In this document: positions 19,570-28,916 of the stretch, in pieces
Numbering within the stretch: position 1 is the first letter of the stretch
Layout of the letters: every line of letters begins with the position of its first letter
From: a virus
Strand: one strand, 5' to 3'
Virus record (IMG/VR): IMGVR_UViG_3300047509_000037
Location: 1-64,000 of that record
DNA: 64,000 nt
Notes under the pieces: model-generated
Database searches by the model: none
What the model was told of the DNA's origin: nothing
The model's input: only the letters and a program-made list of their open reading frames with translations
Translations under genes and position numbers: made by a program

Positions 19570-19975
19570 CAACTAGTTGTGCCGAGCCTTTCTAGTAGGC
19601 ACATGCCGCGACGATTTACGCACGTATGAAGCGCAGGCTTCTGTTGTCGGACGCGGGTTCGACTCCCGCCGCCTCCACCAAGAGCACCAATAATTCCGAC
19701 GGCACCCTTCAGAGGGGACTCGCCGCGAGTATAGAGGGATTTCTGAATTGGTGTTCTTGACGGGGGCGTCATGGTTTCGACGGCGGCTGATGCAGGCGGG
19801 GACGTGCCGGGGTGCTGTGGCTCACCGACCGAAAGGTTAGAGCGCAAGAACGAGTTGCGCCAACGAGACATCAGAAAAAACACTTGCTAAGACTAACACT
19901 CTTGCAATGGGCGCTGCCGCTGGTCGGTAGTTCTCACGCGGCTTGGTCCCCACCGTGTCAAATAACGGGGACACT
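19570..19975 (+). ncRNA. ssrA: Circularly permuted (two-piece) tmRNA
   Basis: Acceptor piece ending GGACGCGGGTTCGACTCCCGCCGCCTCCACCA (19680) lies upstream of the conventional 5' end GGGGGCGTCATGGTTTCGAC (19762). G3:U70 pair present. Tag ORF 19886-19930 reads AKTNTLAMGAAAGR*. Outer boundaries approximate. Confidence 0.85.
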
Positions 19976-19994
19976 TTTTCTCAGGAGAACCAAC

Positions 19995-20261
19995 ATGAGC
20001 AAAGAATCGACATCCGTCAGCGTGGGCTTTCCGCTGGCAAGCATTCTCACCGTCATCTTCGTCATTGCGAAGTTGATGGGCACCGTGGCGTGGTCTTGGT
20101 GGTGGGTGTTCTCACCGCTGTGGATTAGCGCCCTTCTCGGCATCGGTGTCTTCGTCATCATCATCATCATGGTCGTGGCGGCAATCATCGCCGTCATCGC
20201 CGCAATTCTCGACAAGTTCACGGGCACACGCTGTTGTGGAACACCGGGGAAATCTCGGTGA
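19995..20261 (+). CDS. Small membrane protein (WSWWWVFSPLW type)
   Basis: AGGAG RBS; two hydrophobic helices; motif common in phage membrane proteins. Confidence 0.7.
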   Translation: MSKESTSVSVGFPLASILTVIFVIAKLMGTVAWSWWWVFSPLWISALLGIGVFVIIIIMVVAAIIAVIAAILDKFTGTRCCGTPGKSR

Positions 20262-20368
20262 ACAGCTACGCAAAGAGTCCCTGACTGATTGAACGGCTGG
20301 CAATTCTAGAACAAGCCACGCCTAGTAATCTTTGTGGACCGGAGGTTCGACTCCTCAGGTGCCCACCA
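20222..20368 (+). ncRNA. tRNA-like RNA with expanded D and anticodon domains
   Basis: GGGCAC/GTGCCC-A-CCA acceptor, GAGG-TTCGACT-CCTC T-arm, CGCAAAGA/TCTTTGTG central stem. Confidence 0.55.
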
Positions 20369-20384
20369 GATTTACGGAGGAAGC

Positions 20385-20663
20385 ATGAGTGAAGAACGCG
20401 ACATGGACAAAGCGATGACTGACAACGTTCAGGAGCGCATGGAAATCGGGCGTGCGATGATTCGCCGTTCGGTTGCTGCCGACGCAGTGTTGGAAATTCA
20501 CCCGTTCGACCTGTTCCACAAGATTCGCAACCCTCTCGTCATTGACGTGCTGATGCTCAACATGTTCGACCGCCAGTTCTACGTCATCGACGGAGAAGTG
20601 TGCGAGGTCGCCGTCGTCCCGAACAAGACCAAGTTGGCTGATGTGATGGACCCGTCCAAGTGA
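20385..20663 (+). CDS. Hypothetical protein
   Basis: GGAGG RBS. Confidence 0.6.
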   Translation: MSEERDMDKAMTDNVQERMEIGRAMIRRSVAADAVLEIHPFDLFHKIRNPLVIDVLMLNMFDRQFYVIDGEVCEVAVVPNKTKLADVMDPSK

Positions 20664-20812
20664 ACAAGGTCGCACATTTTCTCGTTGCGCTGATGGCGTG
20701 GGAGTGTGGAGCAACTACACTTGCGTTCGTCTACACCGGACAGTGGAAGCTGGCGGCTTACTGGCTGGGCGCGACCATCAACACCGCCGTATATTATTTC
20801 TAGGAGCACGCC

Positions 20813-21418
20813 ATGAGTGGAGTTCTCATCACCAGCGACGAGCACTACGGGCACGAGCGCATCATCGAACTCGCCAATCGTCCGTTCGTCTCCGTCGAGG
20901 AGATGCAGGAAACCATCATTGAGCGGCACAACAAGAAAGTTCCGAACAACCCTAACTACCTGACGATTCACGCCGGGGATTTGTTCTGGCATTCGATGAA
21001 CTCAAGCGATGCCGCTGTCATTCTCACGCGGCTGCACGGGCGTCACGCGTTCCTGTACGGCAACCACGACGAACTCATCGAAGGCAACCAATTTCTCCAG
21101 ATGATGTTCAAGTGGGTGAAGGGTAAGAACAAGGTTGGCGGCGCGACCACCATCAATCACAACAAGCACAGCCTGACCATCTCGCATTTCGCTCGACGTG
21201 TTTGGCAATCCAGCCACAAAGGACACTGGCACGTTTACGGGCACTCGCACTCGGCGCTCCCCGGACTCGGCAAGTCGTTCGACATTGGTGTGGACGGCAA
21301 TGACTTTACTCCGTGGGCGCTGGAGGAAATCGAAGCGAAGATGAACTCGCTACCTCAGCATCACACCATCAACACACCGGAGCCGGGAGCACTGATGTGG
21401 TCGATGATGGGAATCTGA
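20813..21418 (+). CDS. Calcineurin-like metallophosphoesterase
   Basis: SDEHYGH, AGD, GNHD, GHSH motifs. Confidence 0.9.
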   Translation: MSGVLITSDEHYGHERIIELANRPFVSVEEMQETIIERHNKKVPNNPNYLTIHAGDLFWHSMNSSDAAVILTRLHGRHAFLYGNHDELIEGNQFLQMMFKWVKGKNKVGGATTINHNKHSLTISHFARRVWQSSHKGHWHVYGHSHSALPGLGKSFDIGVDGNDFTPWALEEIEAKMNSLPQHHTINTPEPGALMWSMMGI

Positions 21419-21668
21419 CGGCGTGCCGCGAGTGCGGACAAACGGGTTTTCACAAGATGAGTTGCGACACTGGCGGTTTCCGAAAACTGGAGTTCAAATG
21501 AGTGACTTCATGTGGCGGGCTGGTCTTGGTCTGATGTTCACGTTCTCTGCGTGGGGCTTGCTCCACCTGAACCACGAAGTCTGGGCGACATTGCCCGCAG
21601 GCGCGGGCGTTATCTCTTAGCGGTCACGCTCTGGGACGCTCTCGGGAGAAACTACTAGCGAGGGCGAC

Positions 21669-22541
21669 ATGGCATCAGAGGCGAACGTCCAACTCTACAT
21701 GGAAGGGTTGTGTAAAGTTGCGACCCAAGGAAACGTCTCTGTCAATTTCGCGTGGTTTGCGAACCGGATGGAGTTGTTCTGCAATAAGTGCAAGCAGACG
21801 TTGACCGCCGCGAAGCCTGAAGACACGACCATAGATTACGCGGTCCAAGAATTTCTCAAGCTGCATCTGCACAAGGTTCACCCGGACTATTGCTCGTGTG
21901 AGACCTGTGCTGCCATCGTCGCGCAAAAACAGAAAGAGACGTGGGGTGACAAAAAGAATCCGTGGGCTAAGAACGAAGTCCCTCTGACTGCGGACTTCAA
22001 GCCCGTGCCGCAACAATCGTTCACTGGCGAGGAAGCCTACAAGACCGCGATGGATGCGGCGCTCACGAAACCCGACGCGGTCGTGATGACAAACATCGAA
22101 GTGCCTGACCCGGACGGATATGGGCTGACGAACCTGCCCAAGATAAAACCGCCGATGAACAACTACGACAAGGATGCTCCATACCTTGCGGAGAAATTGA
22201 AATCGGTCCAGCAAGAGTACGCCGCGAAGGTGAACGACGTAGCGAACAAGATTAAGCTGCTTCAACTCTCGTCGCAGGAAGCGAAACTTGAGGCGATGCA
22301 ACAGAAGGTAGCCGCCGCTCAGAAAGCATTTGAGGAACAGGCGAAAGCTGTCACGGCGGAAGATGGGGTTTACTACTCGAAAGAGACCGTCGAGAAACTA
22401 AAGCAGCAACTAGAAGGATTCGGCTATAAGAAGCCGCTGCAAATCATACAGCATCAGCCTTACGTTCCGCCGCAACCGCCCGCTCCGGCTCCAAAGAAAG
22501 AGAAGCCGCTCAAGCAGGCAGCGGGAAGGAAAATCCGATGA
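21669..22541 (+). CDS. Hypothetical Zn-finger/coiled-coil protein with C-terminal GRKIR
   Basis: CNKC and CSCETC; ends KQAAGRKIR*. Confidence 0.75.
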   Translation: MASEANVQLYMEGLCKVATQGNVSVNFAWFANRMELFCNKCKQTLTAAKPEDTTIDYAVQEFLKLHLHKVHPDYCSCETCAAIVAQKQKETWGDKKNPWAKNEVPLTADFKPVPQQSFTGEEAYKTAMDAALTKPDAVVMTNIEVPDPDGYGLTNLPKIKPPMNNYDKDAPYLAEKLKSVQQEYAAKVNDVANKIKLLQLSSQEAKLEAMQQKVAAAQKAFEEQAKAVTAEDGVYYSKETVEKLKQQLEGFGYKKPLQIIQHQPYVPPQPPAPAPKKEKPLKQAAGRKIR

Positions 22542-22981
22542 GACTCTACGTCAAAGACAAGGGCTTCGAGGATTCAATAGTTGCGCTGAATCGGGAAGCC
22601 TTCAGCGGCATCGAACGTGCGCCGGATGGAATCGTCCGCGACACATTTCAGAATGCCGACGCGGTGTTCACGATTCACAACGACACGACGATGCTGGGCG
22701 CTGCGATGGTGACCACCAAAGCGGGCTACGGTCCTGAGCCGTACATCTGGAGTATCGCCGTCAAAGAATCGGCACGAGGTCTGGGGATCGGCGGCACGCT
22801 GCTCGACGAAGTTGCGCTCTACGCGAGGGAACTTCCCTCGACCGGAACATATCTGATTGTCAACAGCAACAACGCGAACGCCCAGCGACTTTACCTGAAG
22901 CACGGCTATCGCGTGATGAAATTTTTGCCACGTTACTACGGAAGCGACGGTGACGGGGTTATGATGAGGAGACCACTATGA
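22538..22981 (+). CDS. GNAT acetyltransferase (RimI-like)
   Basis: IAVKESARGLGIGGTLL motif A; NANAQRLYLKHGY; RYY...DGVMM. Confidence 0.85.
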   Translation: MRLYVKDKGFEDSIVALNREAFSGIERAPDGIVRDTFQNADAVFTIHNDTTMLGAAMVTTKAGYGPEPYIWSIAVKESARGLGIGGTLLDEVALYARELPSTGTYLIVNSNNANAQRLYLKHGYRVMKFLPRYYGSDGDGVMMRRPL

Positions 22982-23406
22982 GCCAAAACATTGAATGCAC
23001 CAACTGCCACGACGTTATCACTCTCGAAGGCGGACGCACGATTGAAATCCCTTTCGTGTGCAATCCCTGTCGCGTTGAAGCGGAACCCGTCGAGTCCAAC
23101 TACGAAGCGTCGGCTGAAGGTGAGCCGGAACTCGAACACGATTTCGCCACGACTGAGAACACTACGATTCTCATCAACGATTTGTCAGACCAGCTTGCCG
23201 CGTCACAAGAAACAGTGACGGTGCTCGTCGAGAAATTGACACAGGCTGAGGAGTTCATCGGCGCGGAAGTTGACCGCTCGACGAAGTTTCTCGAAGACCT
23301 GACGAACCTCACCCAGCGCAACGCCGAACTGGAACTCGAAGCGGAAGGTCTGAGAACCGCCGCCGCAAAGTTGCTCAAAGCGTTCCTTGAAAAAATCGAA
23401 CTCTAA
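22978..23406 (+). CDS. Zn-ribbon + coiled-coil protein
   Basis: CTNC...CNPC followed by heptad-like acidic region. Confidence 0.6.
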   Translation: MSQNIECTNCHDVITLEGGRTIEIPFVCNPCRVEAEPVESNYEASAEGEPELEHDFATTENTTILINDLSDQLAASQETVTVLVEKLTQAEEFIGAEVDRSTKFLEDLTNLTQRNAELELEAEGLRTAAAKLLKAFLEKIEL

Positions 23407-23677
23407 GAAGGGTGCTGCGCCCGTCCAGGCTGAGCACTCGTTTGAGCAGGCGTATATGGTGCAGGACGGAATCAAGCACGAGTTCACGGGCACGCTGTTC
23501 ATCCCCGCCCCGGCGAGGCGGCGAAAATCGAAGCCCGTGAGCGCGAGAGCCGACCGACACCAGAACTGACGCGTGACTCGTCTGTCGATTACACGACGGT
23601 CATCGCGCCGTTTCCCGGCAATGGACAACACAGCGAGTCAAGATGTCCGGTATGGACATGCTGAGATTGAGGCAAAA

Positions 23678-24379
23678 ATGAACGCAGCTATCTTCGTCAT
23701 ATCATGTTGGCAAAATTATGCGCGGCGTCAGGCTATCCGTGCGACGTGGGCGAAGCTCTCGCCACTTCCCGTGTACTTCGTTCTCGGTCGTCCGTCGTAC
23801 CTTATCGGAACTCCGAAGGAACCGGATGCGGTCGTTGTCAACGCGTTCGACGATTACATTCACCTTCCCGAAAAAGTTCATGCGATGGTCGATTTTGCGT
23901 CCGCGTCCTACGACAAGATTCTCAAGGTTGATGACGACGCGTTCGTTGCCGCCGACCGATTCCCGGCGAACATCCCAGACGCTTCCTACGTAGGGCACGT
24001 CTGTCAGAACAAACCGGGGAGCACTGTTTACTGTCACGGCGGCGCGGGCTACTGGCTCGACATGAAAGCTATGGCAGCCATCAACGTGAGCAAGCCGTCG
24101 GGTCTGTCCGAAGATGCCTACGTCGCTCGTGCGTGTTTCTCTCAGGGCATTCATCCCGTGAACGACACGCGATACATCGTTGAGTCAGGACCGTTCCGCT
24201 GGCATCGCTTGCCTCGTGCGTCAAACGACTTGCTCGTGACGAGTGAGTTCACCGCCGAAGAAATGGAGCGTTGTCTCCGCATGTATCAAGCGGACGACCG
24301 CGAAGACAAAATGTCCGCAGACGAATACAAAGCGAAGGTGCTCCGTGCCCGACCCGAAAATTCGCCAACGCAAATTTGA
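23678..24379 (+). CDS. GT31/Fringe-like glycosyltransferase
   Basis: RRQAIRATW, DDYIHLPEK, ILKVDDD, HGGAGY, SEDAYV. Confidence 0.8.
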   Translation: MNAAIFVISCWQNYARRQAIRATWAKLSPLPVYFVLGRPSYLIGTPKEPDAVVVNAFDDYIHLPEKVHAMVDFASASYDKILKVDDDAFVAADRFPANIPDASYVGHVCQNKPGSTVYCHGGAGYWLDMKAMAAINVSKPSGLSEDAYVARACFSQGIHPVNDTRYIVESGPFRWHRLPRASNDLLVTSEFTAEEMERCLRMYQADDREDKMSADEYKAKVLRARPENSPTQI

Positions 24380-24761
24380 GTGGGCGGAACCTGAACCACC
24401 TAAACTTGAATCTGAGTGGACGTATCAGTACCAGTATCAGGTCGGAAACAAAATCAAGACCGCGACAGGTCTGAAGACAGCGACCGCGACGAACGTATTG
24501 CTGGCGGGTAACACGCAGGTTCTCACGAAGGCGAAGTTGCAAGCGGCTGTGAAGGCTCTGGCGGCAATGCCGTCTAATCCGCCCGCGTTCATCATACACC
24601 CATTCGCAGTGAAAGACTTGCTTGACGATAGCAAGGTCGCTGTGATAGATTTGGAGACAGTGGAAGCGAAGGCGCTAATCGAACTTTGGGAGGAGAATGC
24701 GACATGGAAAAAACCAGAGCCAAAAGTCTATTCCTTCCCCTCATCATCTTCGCTCTCCTGA
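24345..24761 (+). CDS. Hypothetical protein
   Basis: GTG start overlapping the upstream gene. Confidence 0.45.
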   Translation: MPDPKIRQRKFEWAEPEPPKLESEWTYQYQYQVGNKIKTATGLKTATATNVLLAGNTQVLTKAKLQAAVKALAAMPSNPPAFIIHPFAVKDLLDDSKVAVIDLETVEAKALIELWEENATWKKPEPKVYSFPSSSSLS

Positions 24762-25333
24762 CGCCCGCTTTCGCTGCGAAGAAAATGTTTCCGGCTACGC
24801 GTGACAGCGTGCCTGCGGAGAACCGCAGAGCCGACGCCGCCGGGATACCGAGATACAGGGACGAGCGTTCGATGGCTGGTGACGTTGAACGCAGAGTGCT
24901 TGTCCCTGTTCCAATTACGTGCAACAAGAAGTTGCCGGAGAACCGAAGATATGTTCGCGTGGACACCGCCGACTTCATGCTCGAACTGGACACACGTTTC
25001 CATTTGGCGACTGGTGGCTGGCTTGTGGTTAACTCTGCCGTTCGCCCTGCGACAGTCCAGAAACGATTGGCGTCTCGCAATCGCAACGCTGCGCCTGCCG
25101 ATGGCGCGAGAGCGTCGTCTCACGAACGTGGCACGACATTCGATTTGAGCAAGAGGATGCGGCGCGGGCAACTCCGCTGGCTGCTCATCCAGTTGATGTG
25201 TTATCGGTCGATGGGGAGAATCCTCATCATCGAAGAAAGAGCGTGCATTCATGTTTACGTCGATGCCGGAATCCTACCGACAGGAATTGCTGTCGGAGCC
25301 GAAAGCGGTGGTGACTACATTCACGAAATGTAG
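24704..25333 (+). CDS. Secreted peptidase M15/DUF5715-like (Hedgehog/DD-peptidase fold) cell-wall hydrolase
   Basis: Signal peptide; VNSAVR...Q, SSHERGTTFDLS, CIHV zinc ligands. Confidence 0.7.
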   Translation: MEKTRAKSLFLPLIIFALLTPAFAAKKMFPATRDSVPAENRRADAAGIPRYRDERSMAGDVERRVLVPVPITCNKKLPENRRYVRVDTADFMLELDTRFHLATGGWLVVNSAVRPATVQKRLASRNRNAAPADGARASSHERGTTFDLSKRMRRGQLRWLLIQLMCYRSMGRILIIEERACIHVYVDAGILPTGIAVGAESGGDYIHEM

Positions 25334-25479
25334 GCACGAGCAAGTCTCCGGCGGGAACGTCGCGGACCCCGGCGCTGAAATGAAGCGCCAGCTTTTGCAC
25401 GTTGAGTTCAAGACGCAAGAGGGGATGTGTCCCGTGTGCAACGGAGAAATCCCGGCGCAAAATTTCGTTCGTAGCCGAT

Positions 25480-25566
25480 GGGCGTTATGGGGAATTGGCT
25501 GGCCCCGGCTAGGGGAAGCAGGGTTACAGCCTAGTGGGAGTGGAGGTTCGATTCCTCTCGTGCCCG
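25480..25566 (+). ncRNA. tRNA-like element with a 16-nt anticodon loop
   Basis: GGGCG/TGCCC acceptor, GGGG/CCCC D-stem, GCTAGG/CCTAGT stem, GGAGG-TTCGATT-CCTCT T-arm; no encoded CCA. Confidence 0.5.
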
Positions 25567-25841
25567 ATGTGCGGCACCCAATCGTTCTGCGGGAGCACGT
25601 CCCTGGGGGATGGTGAGCGCCAACAACTGCTGCGTTGCCTCAGTCCAGCGCCACTGTAAACTCCATGCGGCGCGTATCAGAATGTAACAAACAAGCGCGA
25701 GGTCATCAACGCCCAGCGCCCGTTACCGCCGCGTCTTCCCGTGCAAGAAATGGCGGGTGAAACCGACCAGTTTCCGCGACCATGAGGGCGGCGTTTACAC
25801 GGTTGTTATCTAGTAAACAAAAATTTCTAAAAATTATTTTT

Positions 25842-25876
25842 GCCCACCGCTCATCCCGGTGGGCGTTTTTATTTTG
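25842..25876 (+). terminator. Rho-independent terminator
   Basis: GCCCACCG...CGGTGGGC followed by GTTTTTATTTT. Confidence 0.7.
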
Positions 25877-26727
25877 TACCGCCGTCGGCAGCGGGACGAC
25901 CGGGACGTTGACGCCGGGGAACCTACGACCGGGAGCGGGGTAACCACGAAAAATTTTAGAAAAATTTCAGGCAGGTTACCTGCCCCCGGATGTAATTTTT
26001 ACACGCACAAGTACAGGGCGTTGGCTTAGGCAAGGCCTGGCGGCGGCACAAGGACACCGGGTGGGTGACCGCACCCGCCCTTCGCCGGAGAGGAGGTAAC
26101 ATCCTTTGGCTCAACGACTTAGCAGGTTGACCTTCGCTCTGTCTTCTCCCTCGAACTTTATCGCGGAAGTCCTTTGGTATGCGTCAGATGCAGACCAGCC
26201 CGTCACTCACTGCCAATTGTAGTCCCAAATGTAGTCTTATCATGCACTTACAGCGATGAAACAAAACGTCATATTGTTTCATGGCACGAAAGTGGTGTGC
26301 GATAGCGCGAAAGTGGGCGGAACAAGAGGCGAAGTTCGGGGCGTAGCCTCAGCCCTTGGATTGGCGAAGCGATGGCGAAGGGTTTCGCTCTCTGTTCCCT
26401 GTTACCTTGTGCTGTTAGATAGTAACAGCGAATGAGAAGCGAAGGCGAGCTGGCTGGGCATTCGCATTCCCTTCTCCCCTGTTGTTACAAATAAACTCCA
26501 GCGAAGCCACGAGCCTTGACACCGACGCCTGTTGTGTGCCTCTGCATATCTCTCTGGTATCTCCTCTGCGTTCTCCTGGTGACCGACTCTGGGTGCGTGC
26601 CCGAATTGCTCGGTGAGCGTGTTACGTTGTAACAACACGTAGGCGAACATAAAGCGAACACGCGGAATAGACTAATGGACGTGCATCGCAATAGACTAAT
26701 GAGAGCACAGCGAAGGAATAGCGAACA

Positions 26728-26988
26728 TCACCACGAGGTAGGAATGCCCTTCAGGGCGAACACAGAGCGAAGCTGCGCGTAGCGTGCGATGGCTCGTAGT
26801 TCGTCTGGTGTGCCGTCTGACTTCATGCGGTTTGCTCTGCCTGAATGGGACGCCACGTTTGCGTGCTCTTGACTTGGCTGCACGCCACAGGTACAATGCG
26901 CGGTTTGTGTGCGCTCGTGCTTGCTGTAGACTGCTTTGCACGTGGCGATGTTCTTCGCGCCATGCGTGCATCGTTCGATTATAGGCAT
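26728..26988 (-). pseudogene. Degenerate HNH endonuclease with deleted catalytic core
   Basis: YLWRAAKSRARKRGVPF (one frame) is joined directly to RANRMKSDGTPDELRAIARY (another frame). Paralogues at 18710 and 49514 have the CPVL/SLDR core in between. Confidence 0.65.
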
Positions 26989-27170
26989 AGAGACCTCCAT
27001 GCTCAGAATAGCACGATTTGCGCTCACCTGTCAACCAGCCTGTCAATGGCACGATGGTGTTATATGTAAACGACACGAAGGTGCTAGGTCGGCATAGCAC
27101 TCTCGTGCCGTTCCCATGTGTGCCCGCTTCCTATATGATTTAGAAAGTAAATCGCAGTGAGGAGACGGCA

Positions 27171-27476
27171 ATGACATCGCAAACACTGGCAGCACTCGAA
27201 GGTTTCATCGCAGCACTGAACGCGAAGTTCAACACCATCGACGGCACGACCACGGGCTACGTGTTCAGCATCGACCGCCCCGGCATCAAGTTCACACGCA
27301 TCGTCCAGCGTGGCGTCAACGGCGGGCTATCGCGGTCGGTCTATTGCTTCGTGGACGCCGACGGCAACATCTACAAGGCGGCTGGCTGGAAGGCACCTGC
27401 TAAGGGCGTGCGGTCCACGCTGGCGACTGTTGATGTGTCTAAGGTTGACCCTTACGGCTCGTGGCTCTATCGCTAG
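27171..27476 (+). CDS. Conserved phage early protein (GNIYKAAGWKAPAKGVR type)
   Basis: GAGGAG RBS; SVYCFVD...YKAAGWKAPAK motif. Confidence 0.75.
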   Translation: MTSQTLAALEGFIAALNAKFNTIDGTTTGYVFSIDRPGIKFTRIVQRGVNGGLSRSVYCFVDADGNIYKAAGWKAPAKGVRSTLATVDVSKVDPYGSWLYR

Positions 27477-28061
27477 GTCGAACGCCCGCAAGGGCGTCCA
27501 GCCGTTAGGCGGCTGCTGAGGAGACCAATATGGGACACGCATCAACAGCAATGCGAGTGAGAGAAGCGAAGGAACGCAAGCCCGAAGACTTCTGTGCCAA
27601 TCCACGCTGCCTGGCGCATTCGCACGGCGCAAGGTTTGAACCCTTGCAAGAAACATCCGGTCGCAACTGTCCCGGCGCTAGTGCCGACTCAGACCACGTT
27701 CGATGTGCTCAAGGTGCGCTAGACTTGACACGCGTGTTAGACTTTAACTCTGGAGGATGCCATGTACGGTTTTGAAGCGAAGCACATAGCACGGCGCATT
27801 GCGATGCACGACGACAAGTGGGCGAGGATGAGCGCATGATTGACCCTAACCATCTGTTCACCGTGCATCACACGTACACGGGGCTGGGCTGCGCCGTCTG
27901 CGGTCTCGCGCCGTGTGAGCACCCGTCGTTCGATTGGCTGGTCGAAGGCGAGAAACGAATCGACCCTCTAGACAGGAGCAATGCGCCATGCGTCGTCATC
28001 ACAGGCAGCACCATTCGCAAGTGGAAGAACCGCGACTGCCGCACGCGAGAGGTCGTGGAAC

Positions 28062-28448
28062 ATGTATAGGCATTTTCAGCGCAACAAAGCGGCGGCGAAG
28101 ATTCAGCAACGCGAGTGGGAGAGAGCCGCCAAGCGTGCTCAACGTGCGGAGGAGTTTATAAGTAAACCGTGCCCGTATTGCGGCACGATGATGACAATGG
28201 GAGACGACAATCCGAACACACTCACGAGTGAGAGCGAAGACCACATCGTGCCACGCTGCAAAGGCGGACGCGCTACCGTCGTCGTCTGTGTCGCGTGCAA
28301 TCGCGATAAGCATCACCTGGGCCTGGGCGAATATCGCGCCGTGCTCTGCGTTCGTCGGCGCACGTTTCACGTGTTCTACTTTGAGCGACAGGCGGCGCTG
28401 CATCTGCTCTGGAATGCGCTGGCATTGTTCAACAGGTTTGCGATATGA
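28062..28448 (+). CDS. HNH endonuclease
   Basis: CPYCG...EDHIVPRCKGG...CVACNRDK. Confidence 0.8.
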   Translation: MYRHFQRNKAAAKIQQREWERAAKRAQRAEEFISKPCPYCGTMMTMGDDNPNTLTSESEDHIVPRCKGGRATVVVCVACNRDKHHLGLGEYRAVLCVRRRTFHVFYFERQAALHLLWNALALFNRFAI

Positions 28449-28822
28449 ACACGCGTCGAAATTACTTCAGCGCATCAAAGCGGGCACGCATCGCAGGCGA
28501 TGAACTCGCGGCTGCTATCGCGGCATCTTCACGTGAATGGCACACCTATATGATTCTCGCAGAAAAGACGAAGCTGGTGAAGATTGGACACGCACGCGAT
28601 GTTGCGAAACGTCTTGAGGGTTTGCGTGCTGTCAATGCAGACTCACTCCGGCTGCTATGCGTGGTGCCTGAGACCGAGAAGGAATTGCACAAGCGGTTCG
28701 CGCATCTCCGCACGCACGGCGAATGGTTCAAATATCACAACGATATTCGGTGGTTCGTCGAGCACCGTTCCTCACGGGAAAATCACCAAGAACTACCTGC
28801 CCAAAGCGAATTATCCTCGTAA
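28445..28822 (+). CDS. GIY-YIG (T5orf172/MUG113-like) nuclease-domain protein
   Basis: TYMI...VKIG...KRL...EKELHKRF...GEWF. Confidence 0.8.
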   Translation: MNTRRNYFSASKRARIAGDELAAAIAASSREWHTYMILAEKTKLVKIGHARDVAKRLEGLRAVNADSLRLLCVVPETEKELHKRFAHLRTHGEWFKYHNDIRWFVEHRSSRENHQELPAQSELSS

Positions 28823-28861
28823 GTCGTTGATTCTAAACCGAAAATAGTTGAAAGATTTATG

Positions 28862-28916
28862 TTGCAAGGTTCCGGGTATCTGCTATGATTGTTTCAGTTC
28901 GACGGTCCTTGACAAC
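28862..28916 (+). promoter_or_regulatory. Sigma70-like promoter followed by a boxA-like element
   Basis: TTGCAA-16nt-(TG)TATGAT with AT-rich upstream region; GGTCCTTGACAAC at 28904 resembles rrn boxA. Confidence 0.55.

Noticed and set aside
23387-23569. Programmed frameshift at GAAAAAAT joining the 22978 ORF to the next frame
   Set aside because: Not a canonical slippery heptamer and no supporting context; cannot be distinguished from a simple overlap.
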